Assembly (NCBI GenBank): GCA_963718895.1
Contig: CAVRAG010000004.1
Span: 64,001-128,000 of the forward strand
From: an uncultured Nitrososphaerota archaeon
GTDB lineage: Archaea; Thermoproteota; Nitrososphaeria; Nitrososphaerales; Gagatemarchaeaceae
Reading direction: 5' to 3'
Length of the DNA: 64,000 bases
The notes under the pieces were generated by a model that saw nothing but the letters and a program-made list of their open reading frames with translations, was not told the DNA's origin and searched no databases. Below are positions 40,601 to 51,873 of this stretch, in pieces. A program made the translations under genes and the position numbers. Position 1 is the stretch's first letter. The number at the start of each line of letters is the position of its first letter.

Positions 40601-41293
40601 CTACGACCTGGTCGCCCAGAACCCGGTCGCGGCCCCTCCCGAGAGCCGCTTCCTCCCGACGTTGCCGAACCCAGCCAATCTCAGCTGGCCCTCGAACTCC
40701 TCATCCCAGCGCCGGGTCTGTATCACGGTGGGGAGCGCTTCGTAGGTGAAAGCGCCTCTGGCTTTGGCCAGCCGGAGGAGCGCGCCGAGTATCCTCAGCA
40801 CCCCGTAGACGTAGAATGCCAGGAAAGGCGCATAGGCGCCCCTGGGGCTCGAGAAGTCGTAGAGCACGAGCCTTCCTCCGGGGCGGAGGACCCGGGCGGC
40901 CTCAGAGGCGAGGACCGACGCGCTGCAGTACTTCACGACGTAGCACGAGACCAGGAGATCGAAGGCGCCATCCGAGAAAGGGAGGTTCTCGGCATCGCCA
41001 AGGCAGAGCGAGCTCATCGACGGAATCCGCTTTCGTTGTGCCTCCCGGATCATCTCCTCGGTGAGGTCCAGGCCGACGACCCCGCGCTCGTCGGCCGCAA
41101 GGTGCTCCTCCAGGACTCCCGTCCCGCACCCGACATCGAGAATCTTCTCCCCCTCCTGGATGGAGGCCTTCTCCAGGAGCCATCTCTTCCAGTACCTGTC
41201 CTGCAGGAGGGTGGCGACCTCCAGCACCCTGTCATAGGACGGTGACAGTCCCTCGAAGATCCTCCGGGCGAGGGGTTGGAGGCCCCGGCTCAA
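40601..41293 (-). CDS. UbiE/MenG-like class I SAM methyltransferase
   Basis: LDVGCGTG, GDAENLPF, LRPGG. Confidence 0.85.
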   Translation of the reverse strand: MSRGLQPLARRIFEGLSPSYDRVLEVATLLQDRYWKRWLLEKASIQEGEKILDVGCGTGVLEEHLAADERGVVGLDLTEEMIREAQRKRIPSMSSLCLGDAENLPFSDGAFDLLVSCYVVKYCSASVLASEAARVLRPGGRLVLYDFSSPRGAYAPFLAFYVYGVLRILGALLRLAKARGAFTYEALPTVIQTRRWDEEFEGQLRLAGFGNVGRKRLSGGAATGFWATRS

Positions 41294-41350
41294 CGTTCTC
41301 CTCCGCGCCGGGATAGCTTAATAATCTGAGGGGTCCAGTTTCCCTCTCGG

Positions 41351-42016
41351 TTGGACACCCCTCCCGTCGAACCTGACCTTGTGGGACCCTGGAGCAGGAA
41401 CACCTGGGTCTACGGATTGAGGACGCCGTTCAGCTTCGTCTTCGTGGGATGGTTGACTCTGGCGCAGGCCATAACGCCCAAGTTCAATGTCGAGATCTAC
41501 CTGTTCACCATCCTCGCGGCGTTCCTGGGTCTCATAGTGGGCGCGCACTACATCGACATCGGGTCGAGCAGGGAGAAGTTCTCCCCGTATCTGAGGATCC
41601 CACGCGAGATGCTCGCCGTCGGGATCGCCTCGGTCGGGCTGGGCATCGCCGTCGGCGTGTACATGGCCCTGCGGTGGGACCTCCTCTTCCTCGCGTTCGT
41701 CCTCATCGAGGGGTTCGCGGCCGTGGCCTATCCGAGGGAGAACCCCAAGAGGGTGCATTCGTACCTGGGGTTCGGCCTCACCTGGGGGACCATCCCGTTC
41801 CTGGGTGCATATTTCATCCAGAGCTCCACGATAAGTCTGCTCGCCCTAGGGCTGTCCGCCTTCGTCGGGCTCAGCGTCGTGATGATGCACCACCTCGCGA
41901 TCATGAGCAGGGAGTCGCCGGCGTGGAAGGATGCGCTCTATCTGCTGAGGATATACAACTACTCGGTCTACGTGGTCGCCATCGCTGCCCTCGCGGGAGC
42001 GCTCATCGGCCTCTAG
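41351..42016 (+). CDS. UbiA-like multi-pass membrane protein
   Basis: About 8 TM; AHYID motif; divergent from the methyltransferase. Confidence 0.55.
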   Translation: MDTPPVEPDLVGPWSRNTWVYGLRTPFSFVFVGWLTLAQAITPKFNVEIYLFTILAAFLGLIVGAHYIDIGSSREKFSPYLRIPREMLAVGIASVGLGIAVGVYMALRWDLLFLAFVLIEGFAAVAYPRENPKRVHSYLGFGLTWGTIPFLGAYFIQSSTISLLALGLSAFVGLSVVMMHHLAIMSRESPAWKDALYLLRIYNYSVYVVAIAALAGALIGL

Positions 42017-42222
42017 ACCTCCCTCAGCCAGAAGACCACCTTGCAGCTGTGGCAGACTCGGCCCCCGTACACCAGGCCCTTGCCGTCGCGAAACGGCTCG
42101 ACCTTCGACATGGGTCCCCCGCATCTCACGCACCTGTCCTCCGAGGGGCTCTGTCCGACCTTCCCCCAGTCGACCATGTAGTAGGTCTGGAAGATCAGGT
42201 CCCCCGCGTCGTCGATCTCCAT
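42013..42222 (-). CDS. small zinc-ribbon protein
   Basis: CVRC...CHSC. Confidence 0.6.
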   Translation of the reverse strand: MEIDDAGDLIFQTYYMVDWGKVGQSPSEDRCVRCGGPMSKVEPFRDGKGLVYGGRVCHSCKVVFWLREV

Positions 42223-42301
42223 CCTGGCCCCGGACGGCCGGGCTTCTAGAAAAACCTGCTCTCCGGGATGGTTTAAACGGGTCCCCTGCTACCGCGGCAA
42301 C

Positions 42302-43525
42302 GTGGAGAAGCTCTTCGAGAGGTCGATCCATGACGCGTCGATGCTCATGAAGCTCACCGAGGACGACCACGACCTCTTCCAGAGGGTGGACGCCGCCTGC
42401 GACGAGCTGCTGATCCCCGAGTTCGAGAAGTACATCGAGAGAAGGTTCAACGACCAGGTCCCCGTAGTCCTGAAGAAGCACGACCTGATGGGGATCCCGA
42501 TCTCGAAGAAGTACGGCGGCTGCGGGGCCGGGACGCTGGTCCACTCGCTGACCCTGGAGAGGTTCGGCCAGCTCGGGCTCGGGGTCGTGACCTTCGTCGA
42601 CGTCCACCAGGCGCTCGGCAGCCTGACGATACAGGAGTGGGGGACGGAGGAACAGAAGCAGAGATACCTGACGAGGGCTGCGACCGGCGAGGTCGTCCTC
42701 GCCTACGCGCTCACCGAGCCGGAGGCGGGGAGCGACCCTGTATCCCTGAAGACCCAGTTCAGGAAGGACGGTGACGACTACTACCTCACCGGCTCCAAGT
42801 ACCTGATCTCGAACGGGTCCATCGCCGACAGGGTGATAGTCTTCGCCTACCCCGAGGGACAGACGAAGGGGATGACGGCGTTCCTGGTCGACGTGAAGGC
42901 GAAGGGGTTTGCCGTCGAGATGAGGCTGGAGGAGAAGATGGGGCTGTTCACCTCGGACACGGCCATGCTCTCCTTCGACGGCGTGAGAGTCCAGAAGGAG
43001 GACGTCATAGGCGAGGAGGGAAGAGGACTGGCAGTGGCGTACTCGGCGCTGCTGAACGGAAGGATAGGGATAGCGTCCGGATGCCTGGGCGTGATGGAGG
43101 ACTGCCTCAACCAGGTGAAGGAGAGGGCCTCTTCTAGGATGCAGCACGGCAAGGCGATAGGGAAGCACCAGCTGATCCAGAGGCACATCGCCAGGATCGC
43201 ATCGAACCTCGAGTCCTCGAGGTGGCTGACGTACCAGGCGGCGCTGAAGAAGGAGCAGTACGGCGACAACAAGGCCGACCTCGCGCTCCGCTCAGAGGCG
43301 GACAGGATCTCGGCCGTGGCGAAGTACGTCTCGTCGAGGGCGGCGTTCGACTCGGCGGACAGCGCGGTCCAGTGCTTCGGCGGATTCGGGTACTCGATAC
43401 TCTCCCCGGTCGCGAAGCACCTGATAGACACCCGGGTCGCTCGGATCTACGAGGGGACTGACGAGGTGATGGAGCTGAAGATCGCGTCGACCGTCCTAGG
43501 CAAGGAGTTCGAGGCCTACAGGTAG
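42302..43525 (+). CDS. acyl-CoA dehydrogenase
   Basis: ALTEPEAGSD, GSKYLISNG, FGGFGY, IYEGT. Confidence 0.95.
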   Translation: MEKLFERSIHDASMLMKLTEDDHDLFQRVDAACDELLIPEFEKYIERRFNDQVPVVLKKHDLMGIPISKKYGGCGAGTLVHSLTLERFGQLGLGVVTFVDVHQALGSLTIQEWGTEEQKQRYLTRAATGEVVLAYALTEPEAGSDPVSLKTQFRKDGDDYYLTGSKYLISNGSIADRVIVFAYPEGQTKGMTAFLVDVKAKGFAVEMRLEEKMGLFTSDTAMLSFDGVRVQKEDVIGEEGRGLAVAYSALLNGRIGIASGCLGVMEDCLNQVKERASSRMQHGKAIGKHQLIQRHIARIASNLESSRWLTYQAALKKEQYGDNKADLALRSEADRISAVAKYVSSRAAFDSADSAVQCFGGFGYSILSPVAKHLIDTRVARIYEGTDEVMELKIASTVLGKEFEAYR

Positions 43526-43563
43526 GACAGAAGGGATATAGAGAGACATCGTGGAGGACGGAC

Positions 43564-44028
43564 ATGCAACTTCATCTTGAAGGTTCCGAAGACCTCAACC
43601 TTCCAAGAGAGCGGGTCTATCAGCTGCTCACCGACTCGAGCTTCATCGCCAAGTCACTCCCCGACGCGGAGGAGACGAAGGTCGTAGACGACAGCAACAT
43701 CGAAGCCAAGATGAAGATCAAGATGTCCTTCCTCACGGCGCACATGGCCGTGAAGCTGAAGATAGCCGACAAGGTGCCCTCCCAGCACGCCAGGCTGTAC
43801 GTGGACGGCTCCGGGAGCGGGAGCAACATGAAGATCGCGAGCGACTTCGACCTCGAGGGCGACACGGCCACGAAGATGAAGTGGGCCGCCAACGCGGAGA
43901 TCACCGGCGTGATGGCCGGGATAGGGTCGAGCATCATCAAGGGATTCGCCGAGAAGAAGGTCAGAGAGGTCTTCGACGGAATCAAGACCTCGATGGTCCA
44001 GGCCGGCCCCGAAGCCGGTCAAATATAG
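43564..44028 (+). CDS. CoxG/SRPBCC family protein
   Basis: RERVYQLLTD...SLPD, GVMAGIGS. Confidence 0.8.
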   Translation: MQLHLEGSEDLNLPRERVYQLLTDSSFIAKSLPDAEETKVVDDSNIEAKMKIKMSFLTAHMAVKLKIADKVPSQHARLYVDGSGSGSNMKIASDFDLEGDTATKMKWAANAEITGVMAGIGSSIIKGFAEKKVREVFDGIKTSMVQAGPEAGQI

Positions 44029-45572
44029 TCGAGTAGTGTCGACGGCTTCGTCTTTCTCTCGGCCTTCTTGACCTGCCCGGTCGAGACGAGGCTCTTCATG
44101 AACCTCTCCCTGCTCATGCTGCTGTAGTAGTATGCCTCGTCCACGGTCCCCTCCGCCAGGAGAATTATGACCCTGCCCGGGCGGGTCCTCCCGGTCCTCC
44201 CCTTCCTCTGGATCGACCTTATCTCCGAGGGCACGGCCTCGTAGAAGACGACGAGGTCGACGTCCGGCACGTGCAGACCCTCCTCGCCTATGCTGCTGCT
44301 GACGAGCACGGTGAAGTCGCCCCCGCGGAACTGTTCGAGGGTCAGCGTCTGCTTCTTCTGGTCCATCCCCTCGTTGTCGACCTTGTTGGCCTGGCCGACG
44401 AATCGCATCGAGGTGACCCCGATGGCGTCCAGGCGCTCAGTGATGGTCTCGATCGTGTCCCTGTACTGGGTGAATACGATGATCTTCGAGTCGGCCTTCG
44501 AGGCGAGCTGGTCTCTTACTATCTCTGCCAGCTTCTCGAGCTTGGGGTTCGTGACGTCCTTCAGCTTCTCGGCCTCCGCTTCGATGAAGAGCCAGCGCTT
44601 GTCCCTCAGGAGCGCCTGCGCCGACTTGCCCTGCTCCGGCTTCTCCCTGAACCTGACCAGGTACTTCTCCAGGACCGCGGGACCCTGGGTCTCCAGCAGC
44701 TCGACCGCGTGGAGTATCATGATCCCCTGCGCCTGGTTGATCAGGGAACCGAAGAGGTATCCCTTGTTCCCCCCGCTCGTGTCGGCGGCCTTCAGTCTGG
44801 ACAGGATAGTCTGCCTGGCCGCGAGGAGCATCGTCTTCGTCAGGCGGGTCTTAGGGAGGAAACCAGCCTCGACCAGCCTGGTGACCTTCTCGTTGTAGAT
44901 CTCCCTCAGGGCGTGAATGAGCGTCGAGTACTCGGGCGGGAGGGCGACCTTGACCCCCTCGAGCCTGGTCTTCTCGACGTAGGGTTTCACGTCCTCGTCG
45001 TCCTCGGTCCTGATCTCGACCTTCTCGATGTACAGGTTGCGCATTATCTCGTCGACCTTCGCCCTCGACCCGCCAGGGGAGGCGGTCAGCCCCAGTATCA
45101 GCGGATTCCATCCCTGCTCCTTGTAGATGGCCGCGAGCTGCGTGTACGAGTAGTCCTTGACGGAGCGGTGCGCCTCGTCGAAGACGAGGAGGACCGTCTC
45201 GTTCAGCTCGACCCTGCCCGCCCTCAGGTCGTTCCTGACGGTCTGGGGAGTCGCGAAGACGTACCTGGACCGCCTCCAGAGGTAGCTGCGTTCCACAGGA
45301 TCCGTCTCGCCGGTCATTATCGCCACCTCGTTGTCCTTGAGGCCCATCATCCGCTGGAACGTCTCGTAGTGCTGCAGCGCGAGCGGCTTCGTCGGAGCGA
45401 GCATCACGATCTTGCCCTTCGGGAACTTCTCAAGCCTCGCCTTGGCCACGAGCATCGCGACCATCGTCTTCCCCAGCCCTGTCGGGAGGACGACCAGCGT
45501 GTTGGTCCGAGAGGCGACCTCGGCTATGTTCTGCTGGTAGGCCCTCGGCTGGAGGGTGTTCTCTGGGAGCAA
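44019..45572 (-). CDS. hef: Hef/FANCM-like SF2 helicase without ERCC4 nuclease domain
   Basis: PTGLGKT, DEAH, LTASPG, QRKGRTGR. Confidence 0.9.
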   Translation of the reverse strand: MLPENTLQPRAYQQNIAEVASRTNTLVVLPTGLGKTMVAMLVAKARLEKFPKGKIVMLAPTKPLALQHYETFQRMMGLKDNEVAIMTGETDPVERSYLWRRSRYVFATPQTVRNDLRAGRVELNETVLLVFDEAHRSVKDYSYTQLAAIYKEQGWNPLILGLTASPGGSRAKVDEIMRNLYIEKVEIRTEDDEDVKPYVEKTRLEGVKVALPPEYSTLIHALREIYNEKVTRLVEAGFLPKTRLTKTMLLAARQTILSRLKAADTSGGNKGYLFGSLINQAQGIMILHAVELLETQGPAVLEKYLVRFREKPEQGKSAQALLRDKRWLFIEAEAEKLKDVTNPKLEKLAEIVRDQLASKADSKIIVFTQYRDTIETITERLDAIGVTSMRFVGQANKVDNEGMDQKKQTLTLEQFRGGDFTVLVSSSIGEEGLHVPDVDLVVFYEAVPSEIRSIQRKGRTGRTRPGRVIILLAEGTVDEAYYYSSMSRERFMKSLVSTGQVKKAERKTKPSTLLDYI

Positions 45573-45667
45573 GTCGCTACTAGGGCCTGGAAGCCCGTGA
45601 GCGCTAAAAAGCGTTCGGCCGTTCCTTGCGGAAAAAGGCCAATAGTCATATAATCACACGCCGCTGC

Positions 45668-46612
45668 GTGGCGAGAGAGTTGAAGGTCACCGTGGAGGCC
45701 CCGGCGTCCTCAGCCAACCTGGGACCCGGTTTTGACGTGTTCGCCCTTGCGTTGGACAGGCCGAGGGACAGGATCACGCTGAGTTCGGAGAGCGCCCAGA
45801 GGCTCTCGGTCGAGATGGAGCAGGTCGGGGACATCAGAACCCCCGCGTCGGCGGCCAAGAACGGCGCCGGGGCGGTCTGCCTCGCCATAGCCCGGGGTTT
45901 TGGGATCACGAAGAGGATTGGCGTAGAGATAACGAAGGGGATACCCATCGGGCTGGGCATGGGGAGCAGCGGTGCGTCTGCGGCTGCGGCGGCGTTCGCG
46001 ATGAACGAGCTCTTCGGCCTGGGCATGAGCGGCGACGACATGATACTCTACTCCGGAAAGGGCGAGGAGGTCACCTCAGGGACCGCGCACTACGACAACG
46101 TCTCGGCCTCGGTCCTCGGCGGGTTCGTCGTCGTGAGGGTGACAGAGAGGCCCGCCGCCATCAAGTACGAGCCTCCGGCAGACCTGGCCCTGGTGCTGGT
46201 CACGCCCTCCCTGAAGTTCCCGGAGCGCAAGACCGAATACACCCGCTCGGTGCTCCCCAAGATGATAGGGCTGAATATGATGGTTTCAAATGTTGCAAAC
46301 GCCAGCATGCTCGTTTCAGGCTTCGCAAGAGGCGACATCGCGATGATTGGATCAGGGATGAGGGATCGGGTAGTGGAGGAGGCCCGCAAGAAGCTGATAC
46401 CCGGTTATGACTCTGTGAAGAGGCACGCGATTGAGGCCGGAGCGGCCGGGGTCTGCATAAGCGGCGGCGGACCGTCCATGCTGGCCATACTGGACCGGAG
46501 CGAGCACGACCCCCGGGCCGTGATGGACAACATGGTCGCCGGTTTCGGCGAGGAGGGGGTCGAGTCGGACGGCTTCGTGACCAAGGTGGGAGGAGGGGCG
46601 GCTAAGGTATGA
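45668..46612 (+). CDS. thrB: homoserine kinase
   Basis: PASSANLGPGFD, GLGMGSSGAS, HYDN, ISGGGPS. Confidence 0.95.
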   Translation: MARELKVTVEAPASSANLGPGFDVFALALDRPRDRITLSSESAQRLSVEMEQVGDIRTPASAAKNGAGAVCLAIARGFGITKRIGVEITKGIPIGLGMGSSGASAAAAAFAMNELFGLGMSGDDMILYSGKGEEVTSGTAHYDNVSASVLGGFVVVRVTERPAAIKYEPPADLALVLVTPSLKFPERKTEYTRSVLPKMIGLNMMVSNVANASMLVSGFARGDIAMIGSGMRDRVVEEARKKLIPGYDSVKRHAIEAGAAGVCISGGGPSMLAILDRSEHDPRAVMDNMVAGFGEEGVESDGFVTKVGGGAAKV

Positions 46613-47856
46613 AGGTCGCGGCCGGCTGGACACTCCGCTGCATCGACTGCGGGTCCACATTCGAAACTGACCCTCCTGGCTATACCTGCTCCCGGTGCAA
46701 CGGCCTGTTGGAGGCCGTCAAGGAGGGCGGGTCCCTCTCCAGGGCAGAACTCTTTGGCAGGCCCGCGAAGGGCATCTGGAGGTTCCGCGCCCTGCTACCG
46801 TTCGGCGGGGACGTCCGCCCGGTCTCGCTGGACGAGGGCGGGACCCCTCTCATCAGGGCCGTCAACATTTCCGGGAAGCTCGGAGTCAGGAACCTGCACG
46901 TCAAGAACGAGGGCCAGAACCCTACGGGCTCCTTCAAGGACAGAGGGATGACGGTATCGGTGACCCGGGCGGTTCAGTCCGGCGTCAGGGTCCTGATCTG
47001 CGCCTCGACCGGGAACACCTCGGCCTCCATGTCGGCGTATGCCGCCCGGGCCGGCGTCGCCGCGGCGATAATCGTCCCGGCTGGGAAGGTAGCGGCCGGC
47101 AAGATGGTGCAGGCGACCGCCTTTGGCGCCACCATAATCAGGGTCGACGGCAACTTCGACGACGCGCTCTCGATGCTCCTTCAGACGATCTCGGGACTAC
47201 CGGGCTTCTCCGGGATGAACTCCGTGAATCCCTACCGCCTGGAGGGACAGAAGTCAGCGGCCTTCGAGATATACGAGCAGCTGGGGTTCTCGGTCCCGGA
47301 CTACGTCGTCCTCCCGGTGGGGAATGCGGGAAACATAAGCGCGATTTGGAAGGGGTTCAAGGAGCTCAGGGACTTCGGCATCACGGAGAAGGTCCCGCGG
47401 ATGGTCGGCGTGCAGGCCGAGGGCGCTTCGCCGATTGCGAGGGCGTTCTGGAAGGGGAGCGATACCATAACCCCCGTCGCGAGCCCGAGCACGATCGCCT
47501 CGGCGATAAGGATTGGAAGACCCGCCTCCGGAAAGAAGGCGCTCGCAGCGCTCAGGGAGTCGGAGGGCATGGTGCTCACGGTCACGGACGACGAGATAAC
47601 CGCGGCCCGGGGGATGCTCGCCTCCATGGAGGGCATCTTCGTCGAGCCGGCCAGCGCCGCCCCGGTAGCCGCGCTGAGGGAGATCGGCGGCAAGCTCGAG
47701 AAGGACGCCGTCGTCGTCTGCGTCTGCACGGGGAACGGGCTGAAGGACCAGGAGACCATACGGGTCGACATCGAGGGGACGCCCCTCGTCTCAGACAGGT
47801 CCGGGTTGACCGAGGTGCTCGAGCGGCTGGCTATCCGACCCCTGGTGCCAGCTTGA
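46609..47856 (+). CDS. thrC: threonine synthase
   Basis: NPTGSFKDRG, ASTGNT, PVGNAGN, TGNGLKD. Confidence 0.95.
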   Translation: MKVAAGWTLRCIDCGSTFETDPPGYTCSRCNGLLEAVKEGGSLSRAELFGRPAKGIWRFRALLPFGGDVRPVSLDEGGTPLIRAVNISGKLGVRNLHVKNEGQNPTGSFKDRGMTVSVTRAVQSGVRVLICASTGNTSASMSAYAARAGVAAAIIVPAGKVAAGKMVQATAFGATIIRVDGNFDDALSMLLQTISGLPGFSGMNSVNPYRLEGQKSAAFEIYEQLGFSVPDYVVLPVGNAGNISAIWKGFKELRDFGITEKVPRMVGVQAEGASPIARAFWKGSDTITPVASPSTIASAIRIGRPASGKKALAALRESEGMVLTVTDDEITAARGMLASMEGIFVEPASAAPVAALREIGGKLEKDAVVVCVCTGNGLKDQETIRVDIEGTPLVSDRSGLTEVLERLAIRPLVPA

Positions 47857-48640
47857 TGACCCGGGTCGTGTCTGCGCTCGGCCTGATATCGATGGAGTCT
47901 CCCACTCTGACGCGAATGCCGTTCCTCGACTTTATCACTCCGAAGAGCCGGGCGTCTGCATCGCGGGTGAGCCTGAGCCTGAACGAAGCCCCCCATGGAA
48001 CCGTGTACCGCAGCGGCGCCTCAGCGCTGTCGTTGCGGGCAGTCAGGACAGGCGCGATGTGGCACACGCCGACCTCGTCCCTGCCAATCAGGGTGTAGCT
48101 GTCAGGCTCGAGTCGGTCCACCATGCGCAGCCGGTCGACGTATGAGTAGTAGCCGGTAGAGCCGGCGCTGGTGCAGATGATCACGCCGTTTGCTATGGCC
48201 GAGTCCGTGAAGGCGAGCCCCCCTCCCCCCTGTACGTCGAGGTGATACCTGAGGCAGTTGCTGTCAGCTCCCTTCTCCAGATAGACGTCCGTGAAGACCT
48301 CGCCCCGGACGACCCCGTTTATCGCGACCTGGAGCCGTCTGTACTCGACGACGTTGTACCTCTTTCTCTTGATCTCCTCCAACGCCCCGCCGAGGCGGTC
48401 GAAGTGGACCTCGGCAAGGTATCCCTTCGAGGCCGTGGGCTCGGCAGACCGCACGCCGACGAAGAGGAGGGGAATCGAGATCAGCCTGCCGTAGTCGCTG
48501 AATATCCCGTCTCCCCCGACCACTATCCCGATGTCCGGTCTCCTCTGCGTGACCTGCAATCCGGCCTCCCTCAGCATCCGGAGGACCTCCGCCCTCTTCA
48601 CCTTGGGCCGCTCCGGGTCTATCAGGATGGACGCTCTCAA
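47831..48640 (-). CDS. NAD(+) kinase family protein
   Basis: VGGDG, NGVIICTSAGSTGY. Confidence 0.8.
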   Translation of the reverse strand: MRASILIDPERPKVKRAEVLRMLREAGLQVTQRRPDIGIVVGGDGIFSDYGRLISIPLLFVGVRSAEPTASKGYLAEVHFDRLGGALEEIKRKRYNVVEYRRLQVAINGVVRGEVFTDVYLEKGADSNCLRYHLDVQGGGGLAFTDSAIANGVIICTSAGSTGYYSYVDRLRMVDRLEPDSYTLIGRDEVGVCHIAPVLTARNDSAEAPLRYTVPWGASFRLRLTRDADARLFGVIKSRNGIRVRVGDSIDIRPSADTTRVIKLAPGVG

Positions 48641-48643
48641 GCT

Positions 48644-50707
48644 TCACTCACGCTCGTTTGATCGAGTCCCGAGCTGCTCCTTGAGGGACTCGAGCTGCGT
48701 AATCGGGCTCTTGCACGCGAAGTTCTCGCAGATGTAGACGGCGGGCTTCCCGCCTATCTCCGTCTTTCCCTCCGTAAGCGAGGAGATCTCGGGGACGCCC
48801 CCTGCAGCGAGAGCGAGGACCTTGTTTGGAAGGAAGCGCATCTGGATCTCCCTTACCATGCCCTGCACATCCTTCTCACCCATCGATCCCGCCACCACCA
48901 CCTCCTTCGAGCCGAACCAGAAGTCGAGCGCGCAGAGCATGTAGGTGTGCGAGATGGGCGAGGACTCCAACGAGTCTCCGAAGGCCTTGAGGGTCTTCTC
49001 GGCCTTCTCCCTGAATTCCTGACGTCCCGTGAACTCTGAAAGGCGCAGGAGCGTGAGCGCCGCGGCGGCGTTGCCTGACGGCGTCGGGCCATCGTATCCT
49101 TCCTTCGCCCTGACCAGGACGTCGGGTGCCGAGCTCATGAAGAACCCTCCCCCGCTGGCGTCCCAGAAGAGCTCGTCCATCTTCTCGGCCAGCCGGACCG
49201 CTCCCCTGAGATAGGAGGGGTCGAAGCCCGCCTCGTAGAGGTCCAGCAGGCCTGCAGCGAGGAAGGAGTAGTCCTCGAGGGTCCCCTCGACCGCGACGGC
49301 CCCGTCCCTGTACCTCCTGAAGAGGATGTCCGAGACCAAGAGCTTCGCCAGGATGAAGTCGGCTGCCCCTGCCGCGGCCTCCAGGAACCTCCTCTCCCCG
49401 GTGACCTGGTAGGCGTACGCGAAAGCCGAGATGGCGAGCCCGTTCCACGAGGCGAGGACCTTGTCGTCGACAGCGGGTCGGCTCCTCTTGTTCCGGGCCT
49501 CGAGCAGCTTCGTCCTCGACTCTCTGACGACCTTCTTCGCGGCCTCGGCGTCCATGGCGAACTTTGAGGCGGCCTTCTCGATGGAACCAGTGACGTGGAG
49601 GATCGAGCGCCCGCCCTCGAAGTTGCCCTCGGGGACGACCCCGAAGATCTCGTCGATCAACCCGGAGTTCTTCTTTCCCAAGACCTCCTCGGTCTCTCCG
49701 GGCGTCCAGGTGTAGTAGTAGCCCTCACCGTCAGGAGTGTCTGCGTCCTGGGCGGAGTGGAACGCCCCCTCGGGACCCCTCATCTCTCTCAGCATCCACT
49801 CCAGCGTATCGACCGCCGTAGCGAGGAAAGTGGGCTCGCCCGTCACCTGATGCGCCTCGAGGTAGACGCGGGCGAGCAGAGCGTTGTCGTAGAGCATCTT
49901 CTCGAAGTGGGGCACGAGCCAGTACCTGTCGGTGGAGTAGCGGTGGAAACCTCCGCCCGCCTGGTCGTGGATGCCCCCGTCGGCCATCGATTGGAGGCTC
50001 TTCTTCACAGCCCGCAGCGCCGGCTCCTTCTTCGTCCTGCTGTGGTAGCGCAGCAGGAATTCGTGATAGCTCGGCAGGGGGAACTTCGGTGCCCCGCTGA
50101 AACCTCCGAACTGCTCGTCTAGGTTGGAGATGAGTTCGGCGTAGGCGCTGTCGGGTATCCACTTGGGAAGCTCGTCCCTGGGATGGAGCTCGTAGCCCCG
50201 CCCGATGTGCTTCATGAGTTCCTCGGAGTTCTCGGTGATTTCGCTGCGCTTGTTCTTCCAGAGATCCGAGATGAAGTCCAGGACCTGGGGGAAGCCCGGA
50301 AGCCCGTGAGCCGGGGCAGGAGGAAAGTACGTCCCCCCGTAGAAGGGCTTCAGGCCGGCGGTCAGGAAGACCGAGAGCGGCCAACCTCCCTGTCCGTTTA
50401 TCGCGATCACGGACTTCATGTATATCTCGTCGAGGTCCGGCCTCTCTTCTCTGTCGACCTTTATCGGGACGAACCGTGAGTTCAGCACCGATGCAATCTT
50501 CTCGTCCTCGAAGGACTCCTGAGCGAACCGATGACACCAGTGACAGGTGGAGTAGCCGATGCTGAGGAAGATCGGCTTGTCCTCCTCCTTGGCCTTTCGT
50601 ATGGCCTCGTCCCCCCACGGATACCAGTCCACCAGATTGTAGGCATGTTCAAGGAGGTACGGGCTCTTCTCGTTGATCAGTCGGTTGGGCCTTCGTTCCT
50701 CAGGCAT
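48644..50707 (-). CDS. YyaL/SSP411 thioredoxin-domain protein
   Basis: [28 protein letters not shown]. Confidence 0.93.
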   Translation of the reverse strand: MPEERRPNRLINEKSPYLLEHAYNLVDWYPWGDEAIRKAKEEDKPIFLSIGYSTCHWCHRFAQESFEDEKIASVLNSRFVPIKVDREERPDLDEIYMKSVIAINGQGGWPLSVFLTAGLKPFYGGTYFPPAPAHGLPGFPQVLDFISDLWKNKRSEITENSEELMKHIGRGYELHPRDELPKWIPDSAYAELISNLDEQFGGFSGAPKFPLPSYHEFLLRYHSRTKKEPALRAVKKSLQSMADGGIHDQAGGGFHRYSTDRYWLVPHFEKMLYDNALLARVYLEAHQVTGEPTFLATAVDTLEWMLREMRGPEGAFHSAQDADTPDGEGYYYTWTPGETEEVLGKKNSGLIDEIFGVVPEGNFEGGRSILHVTGSIEKAASKFAMDAEAAKKVVRESRTKLLEARNKRSRPAVDDKVLASWNGLAISAFAYAYQVTGERRFLEAAAGAADFILAKLLVSDILFRRYRDGAVAVEGTLEDYSFLAAGLLDLYEAGFDPSYLRGAVRLAEKMDELFWDASGGGFFMSSAPDVLVRAKEGYDGPTPSGNAAAALTLLRLSEFTGRQEFREKAEKTLKAFGDSLESSPISHTYMLCALDFWFGSKEVVVAGSMGEKDVQGMVREIQMRFLPNKVLALAAGGVPEISSLTEGKTEIGGKPAVYICENFACKSPITQLESLKEQLGTRSNERE

Positions 50708-50878
50708 TTTGGCCGGTCACTCGGAAGCCGCAATTTAAGGCTAAGCTAGGCTCATGCCAATCGGCGCGTATGCGGCGCTCTCCGGGTGAAAGGAAGCTGA
50801 AAGGGCGACTGGACACCGTTTGGCGAGATGCCCCTCCTTTTATAAGAGTCCTTTCAAAACTGAACAGGCGACGCCAAG

Positions 50879-51565
50879 TTGCCGAACACGTCCCTGGCCA
50901 GAGCCCTTTCCTCCGAGGCAAGGTGGAACATCCTTAACCTCTTGATGGCAAGGCCGCTCTCTGAGTCCCAGATACGCAAGGCCCTCGGAGCAGGCGCCCG
51001 TTCGGTTGGCGCCAATCTCTCCGAGCTCGTGAGCGCTCGCTTGGTGGACGTTCTTCATCAGAAGCTTCCATCAGGCAGGGAGGTGGTGGTCTACAGAATC
51101 GCACCATCTGCCCAGATGGTGGGCTTCCCACCGAGGAGCTACGAAGGCCTTAGCGAGGCTTTGATCAGAGGTCTCATCTCCTCACTGGGGGAGAAGAACG
51201 CAAGGTTTGTGATTCGGGACATAGGTCTGAAGCTCGGGGAGCAGATGGGACGCTCTCTGCTCACCGACACGGATTCGACGACGCTTACCATGAAGGAGTA
51301 CAGCGAGTTGTTCGTCAAGCGCCTGCTCGCTGCCCAGGACGCCTACCCCCAGATCCTGAGCCAGAAGCGTTCAGAGCTGGTCTATGAGCAATTCAACTGC
51401 CCCTTCCAAGAGCTTGCATCCAAGATGCCTGGGTTGATGTGCGACGTCATGGACGAAGCCGTGCACGACGGGCTAGACCGGGTTCTCAACGTCAAGACGG
51501 CCCGGCTCACCTGCATGGGACATGGTGACGCGGGGTGCAGGTTCCTCGTGACCCCGCGGCGTTGA
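50879..51565 (+). CDS. ArsR-type HTH regulator with C-terminal Cys/His metal-sensing (V4R-like) domain
   Basis: HTH; NCPF, CDVM, CMGHGDAGC. Confidence 0.8.
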   Translation: MPNTSLARALSSEARWNILNLLMARPLSESQIRKALGAGARSVGANLSELVSARLVDVLHQKLPSGREVVVYRIAPSAQMVGFPPRSYEGLSEALIRGLISSLGEKNARFVIRDIGLKLGEQMGRSLLTDTDSTTLTMKEYSELFVKRLLAAQDAYPQILSQKRSELVYEQFNCPFQELASKMPGLMCDVMDEAVHDGLDRVLNVKTARLTCMGHGDAGCRFLVTPRR

Positions 51566-51871
51566 TTCCACCGAAGGCTCGCGAGTCCGCGTGCTGTAGA
51601 TGGAGTAGACGAGGATGACCAGCCCAATTGCCGTCAGGGTCGACCTGAAGGCGTGAGCCTCGTCCAGTGTGAATCCTAGGAACTGATAGAGCACGCCCTC
51701 CACGAGGGAGGCCGCTCCCAGCATGCCGAAGCCGACAGCTGCGAGAAGGAAGGAGTGGCTCCGACTTCTCCTGTAGCCCCGAACGGCCAGCAAGACCAGA
51801 ACTAGGGCGATTGCCAGGGAGAAGACCTCGATTGCGCTGATGTACAAGATGAGACTTGACTCGACGGCCAT
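51473..51871 (-). CDS. three-TM membrane protein (GYRR...YSIY type)
   Basis: AVRGYRR, EAH, LVYSIYS; follows the wHTH gene. Confidence 0.7.
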   Translation of the reverse strand: MAVESSLILYISAIEVFSLAIALVLVLLAVRGYRRSRSHSFLLAAVGFGMLGAASLVEGVLYQFLGFTLDEAHAFRSTLTAIGLVILVYSIYSTRTREPSVESTPRGHEEPAPRVTMSHAGEPGRLDVENPV

Positions 51872-51873
51872 CG